From contig JARRMY010000001.1 of assembly GCA_037385505.1 (NCBI GenBank), positions 7,025 to 71,024 of the forward strand: DNA of 64,000 nucleotides, given 5' to 3'. This DNA is from Gammaproteobacteria bacterium. Lineage in GTDB: Bacteria; Pseudomonadota; Gammaproteobacteria; Chromatiales; Chromatiaceae. This document shows, piece by piece, positions 39,176 through 48,189 of this stretch (positions within the stretch are counted from its first letter, which is position 1; each line of letters begins with the position of its first letter). The notes below the pieces were generated by a model. It was given only the letters and a program-made list of their open reading frames with translations, was not told where the DNA came from and did not search any database. The position numbers and the translations under genes were made by a program.

Positions 39176-40294
39176 ATGCCCAGAAAAAACCTGCTGTTGT
39201 TGGCCACAATAGCATTCCTTAGCGGACCGGCACTGGCTGCCGACGAGACGCAACCCGGCGTAGACACGGACAAGTGGTACAAGGTTGTGGCAAGCGGCGG
39301 TGGCGTTACCGTCTCCCTTGGCGGTTCCGTTATTCCCTTCAAGGAGGTGACGCTGGCAGCCCAGCTTCCCGGTCGCGTCAAGACGATCGCCGGCAGAGAG
39401 GGCGATGAGTTCCGCACCAATGACCTGCTGATCACGATCGACGATCGAGAGTTGCTCGCGCAGCGCAGCGCAGCGATGGCGCAGCTGGCGACGGCGCAGG
39501 CTGAAATCCAGAACGCCCAGGTGCAATACACCCGCGAACTCTGGTCGCCGCGCTCCAGGTCGGCCATGGGCGGCATGGGCATGCCCAACCTGTTTGACCA
39601 GATGTTCTCGCGCCCGATGGGAGATACCTTCGGCGATACCGATTCCGACGCCGAACGTCACGCGGATCTCTACTCCTCCGGCACCCGCATCCAGCAGGCG
39701 CAGAACTCCGCCTTGCGCGCCCAGGCGGAGATCCAGGCCATCGATTCCAAGCTCCGCGATGCCACAAGCCTGGCCCCATTCGACGGCGTGATTACCAAGA
39801 AATTTGTCGAGGTCGGTGACACGGTTCAGCCAGGCCAGCCCATGCTTCAGTTTGCAAATATTGATTATTTACAAGTGGTTGTAGATGTTCCTTCGCGTAT
39901 TGCTGCAGGTCTGAAGGAGGGCGAGATGCTCAACGCGGAATTCGAACTCATCGACAAGGATATTCCCGTCAGGATCGCCCAGGTCTTCCCGATGGCCGAC
40001 ATCGTCAGGCACACGGTCAAGGTCAAGTTCGACATCCCGCAGGGGATCTCCAGGCCCGGCGCCTACGTCAAGGTCAAGGTGCCCGATTACACGGTCAGTT
40101 CGCACGGAATCGTCAAGATTCCGGCCTCCGCCTTGCAATACCGCGGCAGCCTGCCAGGTGTCTATGTCAAGGGACCAAACGGGGAAGAGCAGCTCAGGCT
40201 CGTGCGCATCGGAGAGAAGAGCGGCGACGAGGTGACGGTACTCTCGGGCTTGCAGGTCGGTGACGAGATTCTGCTAAATCCCCCGATTCGCTGA
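39176..40294 (+). CDS. Efflux RND transporter periplasmic adaptor subunit (MFP)
   Basis: The ATG at 39176 gives the signal-like MPRKNLLLLATIAFLSGPALA. Biotinyl-lipoyl-like and coiled-coil hairpin segments, with a beta-barrel C-terminus. Confidence 0.8.
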   Translation: MPRKNLLLLATIAFLSGPALAADETQPGVDTDKWYKVVASGGGVTVSLGGSVIPFKEVTLAAQLPGRVKTIAGREGDEFRTNDLLITIDDRELLAQRSAAMAQLATAQAEIQNAQVQYTRELWSPRSRSAMGGMGMPNLFDQMFSRPMGDTFGDTDSDAERHADLYSSGTRIQQAQNSALRAQAEIQAIDSKLRDATSLAPFDGVITKKFVEVGDTVQPGQPMLQFANIDYLQVVVDVPSRIAAGLKEGEMLNAEFELIDKDIPVRIAQVFPMADIVRHTVKVKFDIPQGISRPGAYVKVKVPDYTVSSHGIVKIPASALQYRGSLPGVYVKGPNGEEQLRLVRIGEKSGDEVTVLSGLQVGDEILLNPPIR

Positions 40295-40396
40295 TCGCAG
40301 TGCAGGGAGTCAGCTTGTCCCTCACTGCCATGACATCATAATAAGGAGACGGAGCAGACACTGCTCCGTTATCCATGCCAAGAGGATTGCGGTCGA

Positions 40397-43300
40397 ATGA
40401 GCCAGCAAGATGCCAGTAAACTGGATAATCTCGACGAACTGAACGACGCTGAACTCGGCCTTGCCGGCCGCATGGCGAAGTTCTTCATTAACTCTCCGCT
40501 TTCGCCGCTGCTCTACCTGGCGATGCTCATGATGGGGATCATGGGCTATGCGCTGATCCCGCGCCAGGAGGATCCGCAGATCTCCGTGCCCATGGTCGAT
40601 CTGAGAATCCAGTATCCGGGCGCATCCGCCAAGAAGGTCGTCGACCTGGCGATTTCTCCGCTCGAGCGCATCATGAGCGAGATTCCCGGCGTCAAGCACG
40701 TCTATTCGGCCTCGATGCGCAACGAGGGCATGGTCACCGTCCAGTTCGAGGTCGGTGAAGAGATGGGGCCGTCCCTGGTCAAGGTCAACGACAAGCTCGA
40801 CTCCAACCGCGACAAGATGCCTCCCGGTGTCGCCTTCCCGAAGGTCGACGCCATCGGTATCGATGATGTTCCCATCGTCACCCTGACCTTGTGGTCCAAG
40901 GATCTCGACAACGACGGCGTGCCCGACGTGGACGACAGCCAGCTCAGGATGCTGGCCCAGGAGGTGTTGCAGAACCTCAAAACCCTGCCGGATACCAGCA
41001 AGGGCTATATCGTCGGTGGGCGCAGGGAAGTCGTCAAGGTCGAAGTGCTGCCGGAGATCCTGGCCGGCTACGGTATCAGCCTGCGCCAGGTTGCCGGCGC
41101 GATCAAGACGGCCAACTCCGAATTTCCTGTCGGCATGATCGAGAGTGGGGGCACCAGTCAGCTCGTTGTCAGCGGCTCATTTCTCTCCTCGCCCGAGGAT
41201 ATCGGCGAGATCATCATCGGCAATTTCAACGGCTTGCCCGTGCGCGTGCGCGACGTCGCCAACCTGGTCCAGGGACCCGAAGACGCGAAACACCTGGTCT
41301 CCTACTACACGGGCGAAGCGGCCAATTTCGGCAAGAATGAGGATGCACAGCCTATCAGCCGTGTCGATGGCGCGCCGGCTGTGACGATCGCCATCGCCAA
41401 GAAGGAGAAAACCAACGGCGTTACCGTCTCCAACAATATCAAGGAACGCATCGAGGATCTCAAGGGACGACTGATCCCGACGAACGTCGATTTCGCCATT
41501 ACGCGTGACTATGGAGAGACGGCCAACAACAAGGTCAATGAACTGCTTTTCAAGCTCTTCATCGCAACCGGCCTCGTGACCGTGCTCGTGCTGCTGGCTT
41601 TTCGCGCCTTCAAGCCGGCGATCGTCGTTACCCTTGTCATTCCCGTCGTGCTGCTCATGACCATCTTCGTGGGTCTCATCTGGGGCATGACCATCGACCG
41701 CGTCAGCCTGTTCGCGTTGATTTTCTCCATCGGTATCCTCGTTGACGACGCCATCGTGGTCGTCGAGAACATCTACCGGCGATGGCTCGAGAATGGCAAG
41801 ACCGACCTGGCGACCGCGGTCGATGCCGTGCGGGAGGTCGGCAACCCGACGATTCTTGCCACCTTCACGGTCATCGCAGCGTTGCTGCCGATGGCTTTCG
41901 TCAGCGGCATGATGGGTCCCTACATGTCGCCGATACCGAAACTGGGTTCGGTCGCGATGATCATCTCGCTGTTCGCGGCTTTCGCCTTCACGCCCTGGAT
42001 GTCACGAATGAAGCTGTTGCTGCCCTCGATGAAATATCTCGAAACGGCGGAAAAGCGCGAGCACAAGGAGGCCGAGAAACTCGAGGGTCTCTACCGCAGG
42101 ATCCTCGGCCCCATGATCGATCACCCCGGCAAGCGCAAGCTCTTCAACCTCGTGCTGTGGAGCATGCTGATGCTTGCCTGCTCGATGTTCTATTTCAAGT
42201 CCGTGCCGGTCAAGATGCTGCCACTGGACAACAAGCCTGAATTCACAGTCGTACTCGACATGCCCGAGGGCACGGCGCTGCCGGATACGGCAAATGTCGC
42301 CTCCATGATCGCGCTACGCCTGCGCAGCATCGAGGAGGTCACAGCGATCCAGACCTACATCGGCACAGCCAAGCCCTTCGACTTCAACGGCATGGTGCGC
42401 CACTACTACATGCGCCAGTATCCCTGGCAGGCCGAGGTACAGATCCAGCTGCTCGACAAGGCGGTGCGCAAGAAAAACGACATGCGCACGAGTCACCAGG
42501 TCGCAGTCGATACACGCCAGATCCTGACAGAGTTGCTGTCCGATATTCCTGCGCAATTCGCAGTCGTCGAGATGCCACCGGGACCGCCGGTTCTGCAGTC
42601 CGTCGTCGCGGAAGTCTATGGGCCGGATGCGGACACCCGCCGCAAGGTCGCGGAAGACCTGACCGAGTTCTTCCATCAGGCCGAGAGCCTGCGCGATGTC
42701 GACAACTACATGATGGATGATGTGACCTACTGGCGCTTCGAAACGCACAAGGACAAGGCGCAGTTGCTCGGCATCACCCAGGAGCAGATCAACGAGAATC
42801 TCATGATGGCGTTCGGCAGCCAGCCGCTCGGCGACGTCAAGTCGCCTGCTGGCAAGGAGCCGGTCAACATCATGCTGCAGCTGCCGTTTGCCGAACGCGC
42901 ACAGGTCGCGCGTCTCGGCGACCTGCCGATCACCTCGGGGCAGAACAACACCGTTCCGTTGCGCGAACTGGGCAACTTCATCGAGGTCAAGGAAGACGAC
43001 ATCATCTATCACAAGGATCTGCGCGGCATCGAGTATGTCGTCGCCGATGTTGGCGGCCGGCTGGCGGCGCCTGTCTACGGCATGATGCAGGTTCAGGATA
43101 TCCTGAAGGAAGAAGCCTACAAGACTCCCGACGGCCAGTATCTGCTGAACAACATCGAGTGGATGGGTCCGCCGTCGGACGACACCAAGTCCGCATTCGA
43201 GTGGGCCGGTGAGTGGACCGTGACCTACGAGACCTTCCGTGACATGGGCGGCGCCTTCATCGTTGCGCTTGCGCTGATCTACTTCCTCGTCGTGATCGAG

Positions 43301-44416
43301 TTCAAGAACTTCCGTATCCCGGCCGTCATCATGGCGCCGATTCCGCTGACGCTGCTCGGCATCATCCCGGCTCACTGGGCTTACCACAACGCAGAGTTTA
43401 CGGCCACGTCGATGATCGGCTGGATCGCACTTGCCGGCATCATCGTGCGTAACTCCATCCTGCTCGTCGATTTCACCATTCAGGAAGTCCGTGGCGGAAC
43501 GCCTCTCGAGGAAGCTGTCATCCGCGCCTGCAAGACCAGAACGAGGCCGATCATCATCACTGCTCTGGCGCTGGTGGGCGGTTCCTCTGTTATCCTCTCC
43601 GACCCGATCTTCCAGGGCATGGCGATCTCTCTGGCGGCTGGCGTGATGGTTTCGACCATCCTGACGCTGATCGTCATCCCGCTGGGCACCGTCAAGGCGC
43701 GTGATGCGCTCTATCAGGTTGCCGGCATCGAGCCGCATGGACGCGTCACAATCACGGGCAGCTCTTCAGGCGGCGGGGGCGGCGGAGCGGCCGCCAGCGA
43801 AGAGCCTGCACAACCGAAAAAGAAGCTCTCTGACAGGGTGATCCCGATCTGGTCGGCGTTCATCAGCATCGTCTTCGCGCTCATCAGCATCGTGACTGCC
43901 ATCGTTGGCTGGATTTTCGGCTTCTTCAGGAAAAAGGAGAAACCCGCGCCGGCAGCCCCCCCGGCACCTGCGCCGCGAGCACAACCGGAACCGGCCCCGA
44001 AGCCTGCCCCTGAAGCCGCACCGGAACCCGGCGCGGAAACTGTGACAAAACCGGAAGCCGCCGGTGCGGTCGAACCGGAGGCCGGGACCGCGGCAGAGGA
44101 GGCGCTTTTTTCACAGGAACCGCTCGCGCGTGAAGCAACCCCCGAGGTTAAACCTGCTCCGCCGGCAGGCGCAGAGAAACCCGGTCCCGTTGCCGACAGG
44201 TTTGATGAAATACTCGAAACAGGCCAGGCTTCCGAGGAAGACCTGGACCTGATATCTGCACCGATTCGACCTGCCAAAGAGCAGGCATCACCAGAGGACA
44301 AGAAAGCCGGTTCAATACTACCGGAAGGTTTGGAGGAGCATGAGCACAAGCCGCGCAAGCGTCGGGGCATCCGGCTGCGCGACACATCTTCCGACTCTGA
44401 TGATGGTTTGAATTGA
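40397..44416 (+). CDS. RND efflux permease (AcrB/AcrD/AcrF superfamily) with a C-terminal extension of about 240 aa
   Basis: Continuous 1339-aa ORF. N-terminal FFINSPLSPLLYLAMLMMG and 12-TM RND organisation to about residue 1100, then a Gly/Ser linker, one more hydrophobic segment and a Pro/Ala-rich acidic tail. An alternative start is at 40472. Confidence 0.85.
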   Translation: MSQQDASKLDNLDELNDAELGLAGRMAKFFINSPLSPLLYLAMLMMGIMGYALIPRQEDPQISVPMVDLRIQYPGASAKKVVDLAISPLERIMSEIPGVKHVYSASMRNEGMVTVQFEVGEEMGPSLVKVNDKLDSNRDKMPPGVAFPKVDAIGIDDVPIVTLTLWSKDLDNDGVPDVDDSQLRMLAQEVLQNLKTLPDTSKGYIVGGRREVVKVEVLPEILAGYGISLRQVAGAIKTANSEFPVGMIESGGTSQLVVSGSFLSSPEDIGEIIIGNFNGLPVRVRDVANLVQGPEDAKHLVSYYTGEAANFGKNEDAQPISRVDGAPAVTIAIAKKEKTNGVTVSNNIKERIEDLKGRLIPTNVDFAITRDYGETANNKVNELLFKLFIATGLVTVLVLLAFRAFKPAIVVTLVIPVVLLMTIFVGLIWGMTIDRVSLFALIFSIGILVDDAIVVVENIYRRWLENGKTDLATAVDAVREVGNPTILATFTVIAALLPMAFVSGMMGPYMSPIPKLGSVAMIISLFAAFAFTPWMSRMKLLLPSMKYLETAEKREHKEAEKLEGLYRRILGPMIDHPGKRKLFNLVLWSMLMLACSMFYFKSVPVKMLPLDNKPEFTVVLDMPEGTALPDTANVASMIALRLRSIEEVTAIQTYIGTAKPFDFNGMVRHYYMRQYPWQAEVQIQLLDKAVRKKNDMRTSHQVAVDTRQILTELLSDIPAQFAVVEMPPGPPVLQSVVAEVYGPDADTRRKVAEDLTEFFHQAESLRDVDNYMMDDVTYWRFETHKDKAQLLGITQEQINENLMMAFGSQPLGDVKSPAGKEPVNIMLQLPFAERAQVARLGDLPITSGQNNTVPLRELGNFIEVKEDDIIYHKDLRGIEYVVADVGGRLAAPVYGMMQVQDILKEEAYKTPDGQYLLNNIEWMGPPSDDTKSAFEWAGEWTVTYETFRDMGGAFIVALALIYFLVVIEFKNFRIPAVIMAPIPLTLLGIIPAHWAYHNAEFTATSMIGWIALAGIIVRNSILLVDFTIQEVRGGTPLEEAVIRACKTRTRPIIITALALVGGSSVILSDPIFQGMAISLAAGVMVSTILTLIVIPLGTVKARDALYQVAGIEPHGRVTITGSSSGGGGGGAAASEEPAQPKKKLSDRVIPIWSAFISIVFALISIVTAIVGWIFGFFRKKEKPAPAAPPAPAPRAQPEPAPKPAPEAAPEPGAETVTKPEAAGAVEPEAGTAAEEALFSQEPLAREATPEVKPAPPAGAEKPGPVADRFDEILETGQASEEDLDLISAPIRPAKEQASPEDKKAGSILPEGLEEHEHKPRKRRGIRLRDTSSDSDDGLN

Positions 44417-44421
44417 GGACA

Positions 44422-44934
44422 ATGCAACGAGCGTATAGCGTTCTGATTTTCGGGCTGATGGTGATTCTCAACGGTTTTGCACATGGGCAAAACAGCTACG
44501 AATTTGACGGGACAGTTTACAAGTTCAGGCAGCAGGGCGATGTCCAGAGTCAGCAAGCGCCTGTCAGGGACCAGGCTGCTGAAACGAGTCGTCCCCAGCC
44601 GCAGTCCGAGGCCGACATGCTCAGGCAGCTCGAGGAGCAGGGGTATGTCTTCAGGCCCATGCGCAAGCGTAAAACGCTCGATGATCCTCCCGTGAACAGA
44701 GAGGCGGCCAGAACGAACCAGGGGGACGAGTACCAGGCATGTCCGACGCCGGAGGCGGCGCAGAGAATGCCGCAGGCCAATCCGGTCAACCCGGTCAACC
44801 CTGTTCAGATTGCGCCCGGAATGGCGCAACCGCCGCTTGGATATCCGTACACCTATCCATCGCCGTACAGCTTTCCCTATCCGTCCGGCGGCTTTACGCC
44901 GTTTCCCGGAGGATTTGGTTATCCGCGCTGGTGA
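44422..44934 (+). CDS. Secreted low-complexity Q/P-rich protein with aromatic-Pro-Gly C-terminus
   Basis: The ATG at 44422 lies 5 nt after the RND stop. Signal-like MQRAYSVLIFGLMVILNGFAHG. NPVNPVNPV repeat. Ends GYPYTYPSPYSFPYPSGGFTPFPGGFGYPRW. Confidence 0.55.
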   Translation: MQRAYSVLIFGLMVILNGFAHGQNSYEFDGTVYKFRQQGDVQSQQAPVRDQAAETSRPQPQSEADMLRQLEEQGYVFRPMRKRKTLDDPPVNREAARTNQGDEYQACPTPEAAQRMPQANPVNPVNPVQIAPGMAQPPLGYPYTYPSPYSFPYPSGGFTPFPGGFGYPRW

Positions 44935-44978
44935 AAGGGAAGAGCCTGCAGCCGGAAAAAGAGAAGAGGAAATAATCA

Positions 44979-45620
44979 ATGATCACTGTCATCGGAAGCC
45001 TGAAGGGCGGGTCTGGCAAGAGTACTGTTACCTTCAACCTGGCTGTCTGGCTGTCTCTCTCGGGTCAGCGCGTGCTCGCCATCGACCTCGATCCGCAGGC
45101 GACTCTGACGGACGTCGCCTATGTCAGGGCTGAAGAGGGATACAAGCCGCCGATCAAGGTGATCGGCCGGCGCGAGTGGGCAGCCGGTATCGATTACAGT
45201 CAATATGACGAGGTGCTCATCGATGTCGGCACGGCGGACATGGAATCCCTGAAGAAGGCCCTGCTCAGTGCCGACAAGATTGTCGTGCCGGTCCCACCGA
45301 GCCAGGCCGATGTCTGGTCGACCCAGCGCTTCACGCGCTATGTCTCATCGATCGTCTCCAGGCTCCCCAAGCCACCGGAAATCTGCGCCTTCATCAACCG
45401 TGTAGACATGCAGACAGCAGCCAACGAATCCTACGAAACCGCAGCAGCGCTCGTCAGCCTGCCCGGCATCCGTTTCCTGATGCCACGCTTGTCGCAACGG
45501 CCTGTCTTTCTTCACTCTTTCAGTGAAGGGCTGGCGGCGATGGAGCTGGACCCGCGCGATCCCGGCGTTCGCGAGTTCAATGCGCTCGCTGCCGAGCTTT
45601 ATCCTCACCTGATTCGCTAA
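44979..45620 (+). CDS. ParA/MinD-superfamily ATPase (small ParF/MipZ-like)
   Basis: 213 aa with the deviant Walker A SLKGGSGKST. AGAGGA lies upstream of the ATG. Confidence 0.8.
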   Translation: MITVIGSLKGGSGKSTVTFNLAVWLSLSGQRVLAIDLDPQATLTDVAYVRAEEGYKPPIKVIGRREWAAGIDYSQYDEVLIDVGTADMESLKKALLSADKIVVPVPPSQADVWSTQRFTRYVSSIVSRLPKPPEICAFINRVDMQTAANESYETAAALVSLPGIRFLMPRLSQRPVFLHSFSEGLAAMELDPRDPGVREFNALAAELYPHLIR

Positions 45621-45672
45621 GAATTATTGATAATCTCCTGTTCTGACGGAAATTACCTGTAATTTTCATTAA

Positions 45673-45701
45673 TTGACACCTGTCGGTTTATATATTAAAT
45701 T
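45673..45701 (+). promoter_or_regulatory. Candidate sigma70 promoter
   Basis: TTGACA (45673-45678), 17-nt spacer, TAAATT (45696-45701), in an AT-rich gap upstream of the Met-rich gene. Confidence 0.45.
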
Positions 45702-45733
45702 GAATTGTTGTATGTTTTCGATGGGTGACGGGA

Positions 45734-46180
45734 ATGAACGAGAAAGAGAGTCGCGAACAAAAAGAGATCAATCGGTGGGAGCTGATTGTCTATCCGTCGC
45801 TGTTCGCTTTTGTCATTCTTGCGGCTTACGGCTTCTACCTGATCTACAACCTGGCACGCGACGTCCATTTCCTGGCTGTCAGTGTCGATACCAACATGAC
45901 GGTCCTCGCCGGCGACATGCAGACCATGGCCGCCAACATGGGCGAGATGACGGCCAATGTCAGGACCATGGCCGTGACGATGGATTCCATCGACCAGACG
46001 GTGCTGACGCTCAAACCCATGCTGGCCAATCTCAACAACATGGATCAGAGCATGCGCGCGATGAACCAGGACATCCGTCAGATCAGCCACACAGCCTACT
46101 ACATGGGTCACAACGTGGGTAACATGAGCCAGGGCGTCCGCAAGATGTCCAATCCCGTGCGCATGTTCATGCCCTGGTAG
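45734..46180 (+). CDS. Single-pass membrane protein with methionine-rich heptad domain
   Basis: A TM segment (WELIVYPSLFAFVILAAYGFYLIY) followed by 98 aa containing 16 Met at 3/4/7-residue spacings. The start may be ATG 45734 or GTG 45725. Confidence 0.55.
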   Translation: MNEKESREQKEINRWELIVYPSLFAFVILAAYGFYLIYNLARDVHFLAVSVDTNMTVLAGDMQTMAANMGEMTANVRTMAVTMDSIDQTVLTLKPMLANLNNMDQSMRAMNQDIRQISHTAYYMGHNVGNMSQGVRKMSNPVRMFMPW

Positions 46181-46185
46181 GTCGC

Positions 46186-47097
46186 TTGGCGACACTCGTC
46201 CCGCAGCAACGGCTCGTCGTTGCGATCTCGTCCCGGGCACTCTTTGATCTCGACCAGTCACACCGGATTTTCGAAGAGCAGGGTATCGATGCCTACTGCC
46301 AGTACCAGATCGAACACGAAGACGAAGTGCTCCTGCCGGGCATCGCATTTCCACTGGTCAAAAAACTGCTGGGTCTGAACCTGATCCTGAAGGATCAGGC
46401 AAAAGTCGAAATCGTCCTGCTGTCGAGAAACAGCGCCGATACGGGCCTGAGGGTCTTCAACTCCATCCACCACCACGGCCTCGAGATCACCCGTGCCGCC
46501 TTCACCGGCGGTGAGAGTCCGTTCGACTACGCCAGGGCGCTCGGTGCGCACCTCTTCCTCTCGGCGAATGCCCTGGATGTTCGTCAGGCGCTCGATTCCG
46601 GCATGGCTGCCGCCACGATCATGCCGGGGCTCGACACCTCTGCATTCAGGGGCAAGGATGACCTCTTGCGCATCGCATTCGATGGCGATGCCGTCCTCTT
46701 TTCTGACGAGGCCGAGAGGATCTACCAGGAGCAGGGGCTCAAGGCATTCGAGGAAAGCGAGAGGGCATCAGCGAAAAACCCGCTTCCCGGAGGTCCCTTC
46801 AAGCAATTCCTCTCCGTACTCCACAGGATCCAGACGATGTTTCCGGCGGACGCCTCCCCTATACGGACGGCGTTGATCACGGCGCGTGGCGCGCCAGCGC
46901 ACGAGCGCGTCATCAGGACACTCCGCTCCTGGGGTATTCGCATCGACGAAGCGCTTTTTCTTGGTGGCATGGAGAAGAGCGGTTTTCTGAAAGCCTTCGG
47001 GGCGGATATCTTCTTCGACGATCAGCCCAGTCACTGCGAATCTGCCAGCAAGCATGTTCCGACCGGGCATGTGCCGCAAGGCGTCACGAATCGATAG
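46186..47097 (+). CDS. 5'-nucleotidase family (cN-IA-like, HAD-type) protein
   Basis: 303 aa with LVVAISSRALFDL and RIAFDGDAVLFSDEAE motifs. TTG start in the ORF track. Confidence 0.55.
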   Translation: MATLVPQQRLVVAISSRALFDLDQSHRIFEEQGIDAYCQYQIEHEDEVLLPGIAFPLVKKLLGLNLILKDQAKVEIVLLSRNSADTGLRVFNSIHHHGLEITRAAFTGGESPFDYARALGAHLFLSANALDVRQALDSGMAAATIMPGLDTSAFRGKDDLLRIAFDGDAVLFSDEAERIYQEQGLKAFEESERASAKNPLPGGPFKQFLSVLHRIQTMFPADASPIRTALITARGAPAHERVIRTLRSWGIRIDEALFLGGMEKSGFLKAFGADIFFDDQPSHCESASKHVPTGHVPQGVTNR

Positions 47098-47098
47098 C

Positions 47099-47122
47099 AG
47101 CGCCGGCTTTTCTGCCGGCGCT
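47099..47122. terminator. Bidirectional terminator hairpin between convergent genes
   Basis: Perfect 9-bp stem AGCGCCGGC / GCCGGCGCT with loop TTTTCT. Confidence 0.6.
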
Positions 47123-47136
47123 GTTCCTCTCTGCCC

Positions 47137-48159
47137 TCAGCCGGCCTGAACCCGCACCGCGACGGGTATTTTCGATGCTTTTCCGGCTATCTCGATGACA
47201 AACCTCGGCATGAGATAACCGGGCAGCCTGTCGCGCAGGCGCTCTTCGAGCCACCGGGCGGCCGCTGGTGGGGTGTAAAAGTGCGCGCTCCCGGCCACCC
47301 TGTCGAGCTGGTGGATGTAGTAGGGCAGTACGCCGGCGTCGAAACCCCGTGTGCAGAGTGCCTCCAGCGTCGCCACGTCGTCATTGACACCCTTCAGCAG
47401 CACGGCCTGGTTCAACAGCTGTACTCCCGCTCTACGCAACAGGCGGCAGGCGGCGTCCGTCTCGGGACTGTATTCGTTCGGATGATTGACATGCAGCACC
47501 AGGGTGACCGGGAGCCGGAACCCGGCGAGAGAGGCTGCCAGTTCCGGCGTGACTCTCTCCGGCAGCACCGTCGGCATGCGGGTATGGATGCGCAGCCGCC
47601 GGAGGTGCTCCAGTCCCTGCAGCTGTTCAAGCAGCTCTGCGAAACGCCCGTCGGAGAGCGTCAGGGGATCGCCGCCGCTGAGGATGATCTCCTGAATCTC
47701 CTTCGAGTCGAGTTGCGCGAGGGTGTCGTCGGACAGGACACGCTCGAGCCGCTGCTCCCGGTAGGGAAAGTGGCGCCGGAAGCAGTAGCGGCAATGGATG
47801 CCGCAGGCGCCTGTGACGATGAGCAGGACGCGGCCATGGTACTTGTGCAGCACCCCGCGCGTGTTGACCGCGCCGAGGTCGCCGACCGGATCGGCAACAA
47901 AGCCTTCGGCGTGCTGGCGTTCCGATCCCGTGGGTAACACCTGCAGCAGCAACGGGTCATTCGGGTCGCCGCGGCGGATGCGCCCGGCGAAGGAGAGAGG
48001 CACCTTGAAGGGGAACTCCGAGTCGGGATCGACACCACCGGGAATATCGGAAGCGGCGGTGCCGAGCCACTCCAGCAGCTCGCCGGCATCGGCAAAGCCC
48101 GTTGCCATCCGCTGTTGCCAGTCAGGCGTATTTGGTATCTGTCGCGTTCGCGTTATCAT
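47137..48159 (-). CDS. epmB: EF-P beta-lysylation protein, lysine 2,3-aminomutase-like radical SAM enzyme
   Basis: 340 aa with the [11 protein letters not shown] radical-SAM cluster motif. Divergent from efp. Confidence 0.9.
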   Translation of the reverse strand: MITRTRQIPNTPDWQQRMATGFADAGELLEWLGTAASDIPGGVDPDSEFPFKVPLSFAGRIRRGDPNDPLLLQVLPTGSERQHAEGFVADPVGDLGAVNTRGVLHKYHGRVLLIVTGACGIHCRYCFRRHFPYREQRLERVLSDDTLAQLDSKEIQEIILSGGDPLTLSDGRFAELLEQLQGLEHLRRLRIHTRMPTVLPERVTPELAASLAGFRLPVTLVLHVNHPNEYSPETDAACRLLRRAGVQLLNQAVLLKGVNDDVATLEALCTRGFDAGVLPYYIHQLDRVAGSAHFYTPPAAARWLEERLRDRLPGYLMPRFVIEIAGKASKIPVAVRVQAG

Positions 48160-48189
48160 AGTGGTTTGTGTCTAATTCCCGAGGACAAG

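Noticed and set aside
42314-44979. Minus-strand ORFs of 474 aa and 421 aa opposite the RND gene and its tail.
   Set aside because: For the same reason. The plus-strand ORF is continuous for 4 kb with recognisable RND organisation.
44422-46180. Interpreting the ParA-like gene and its neighbours as a McdA/McdB carboxysome-positioning pair.
   Set aside because: There are no carboxysome or RuBisCO genes in the window. Both Trp-terminated neighbours have N-terminal hydrophobic segments, so they are predicted secreted or membrane-bound, unlike cytoplasmic McdB. The C-terminal Trp similarity is kept only as an observation.
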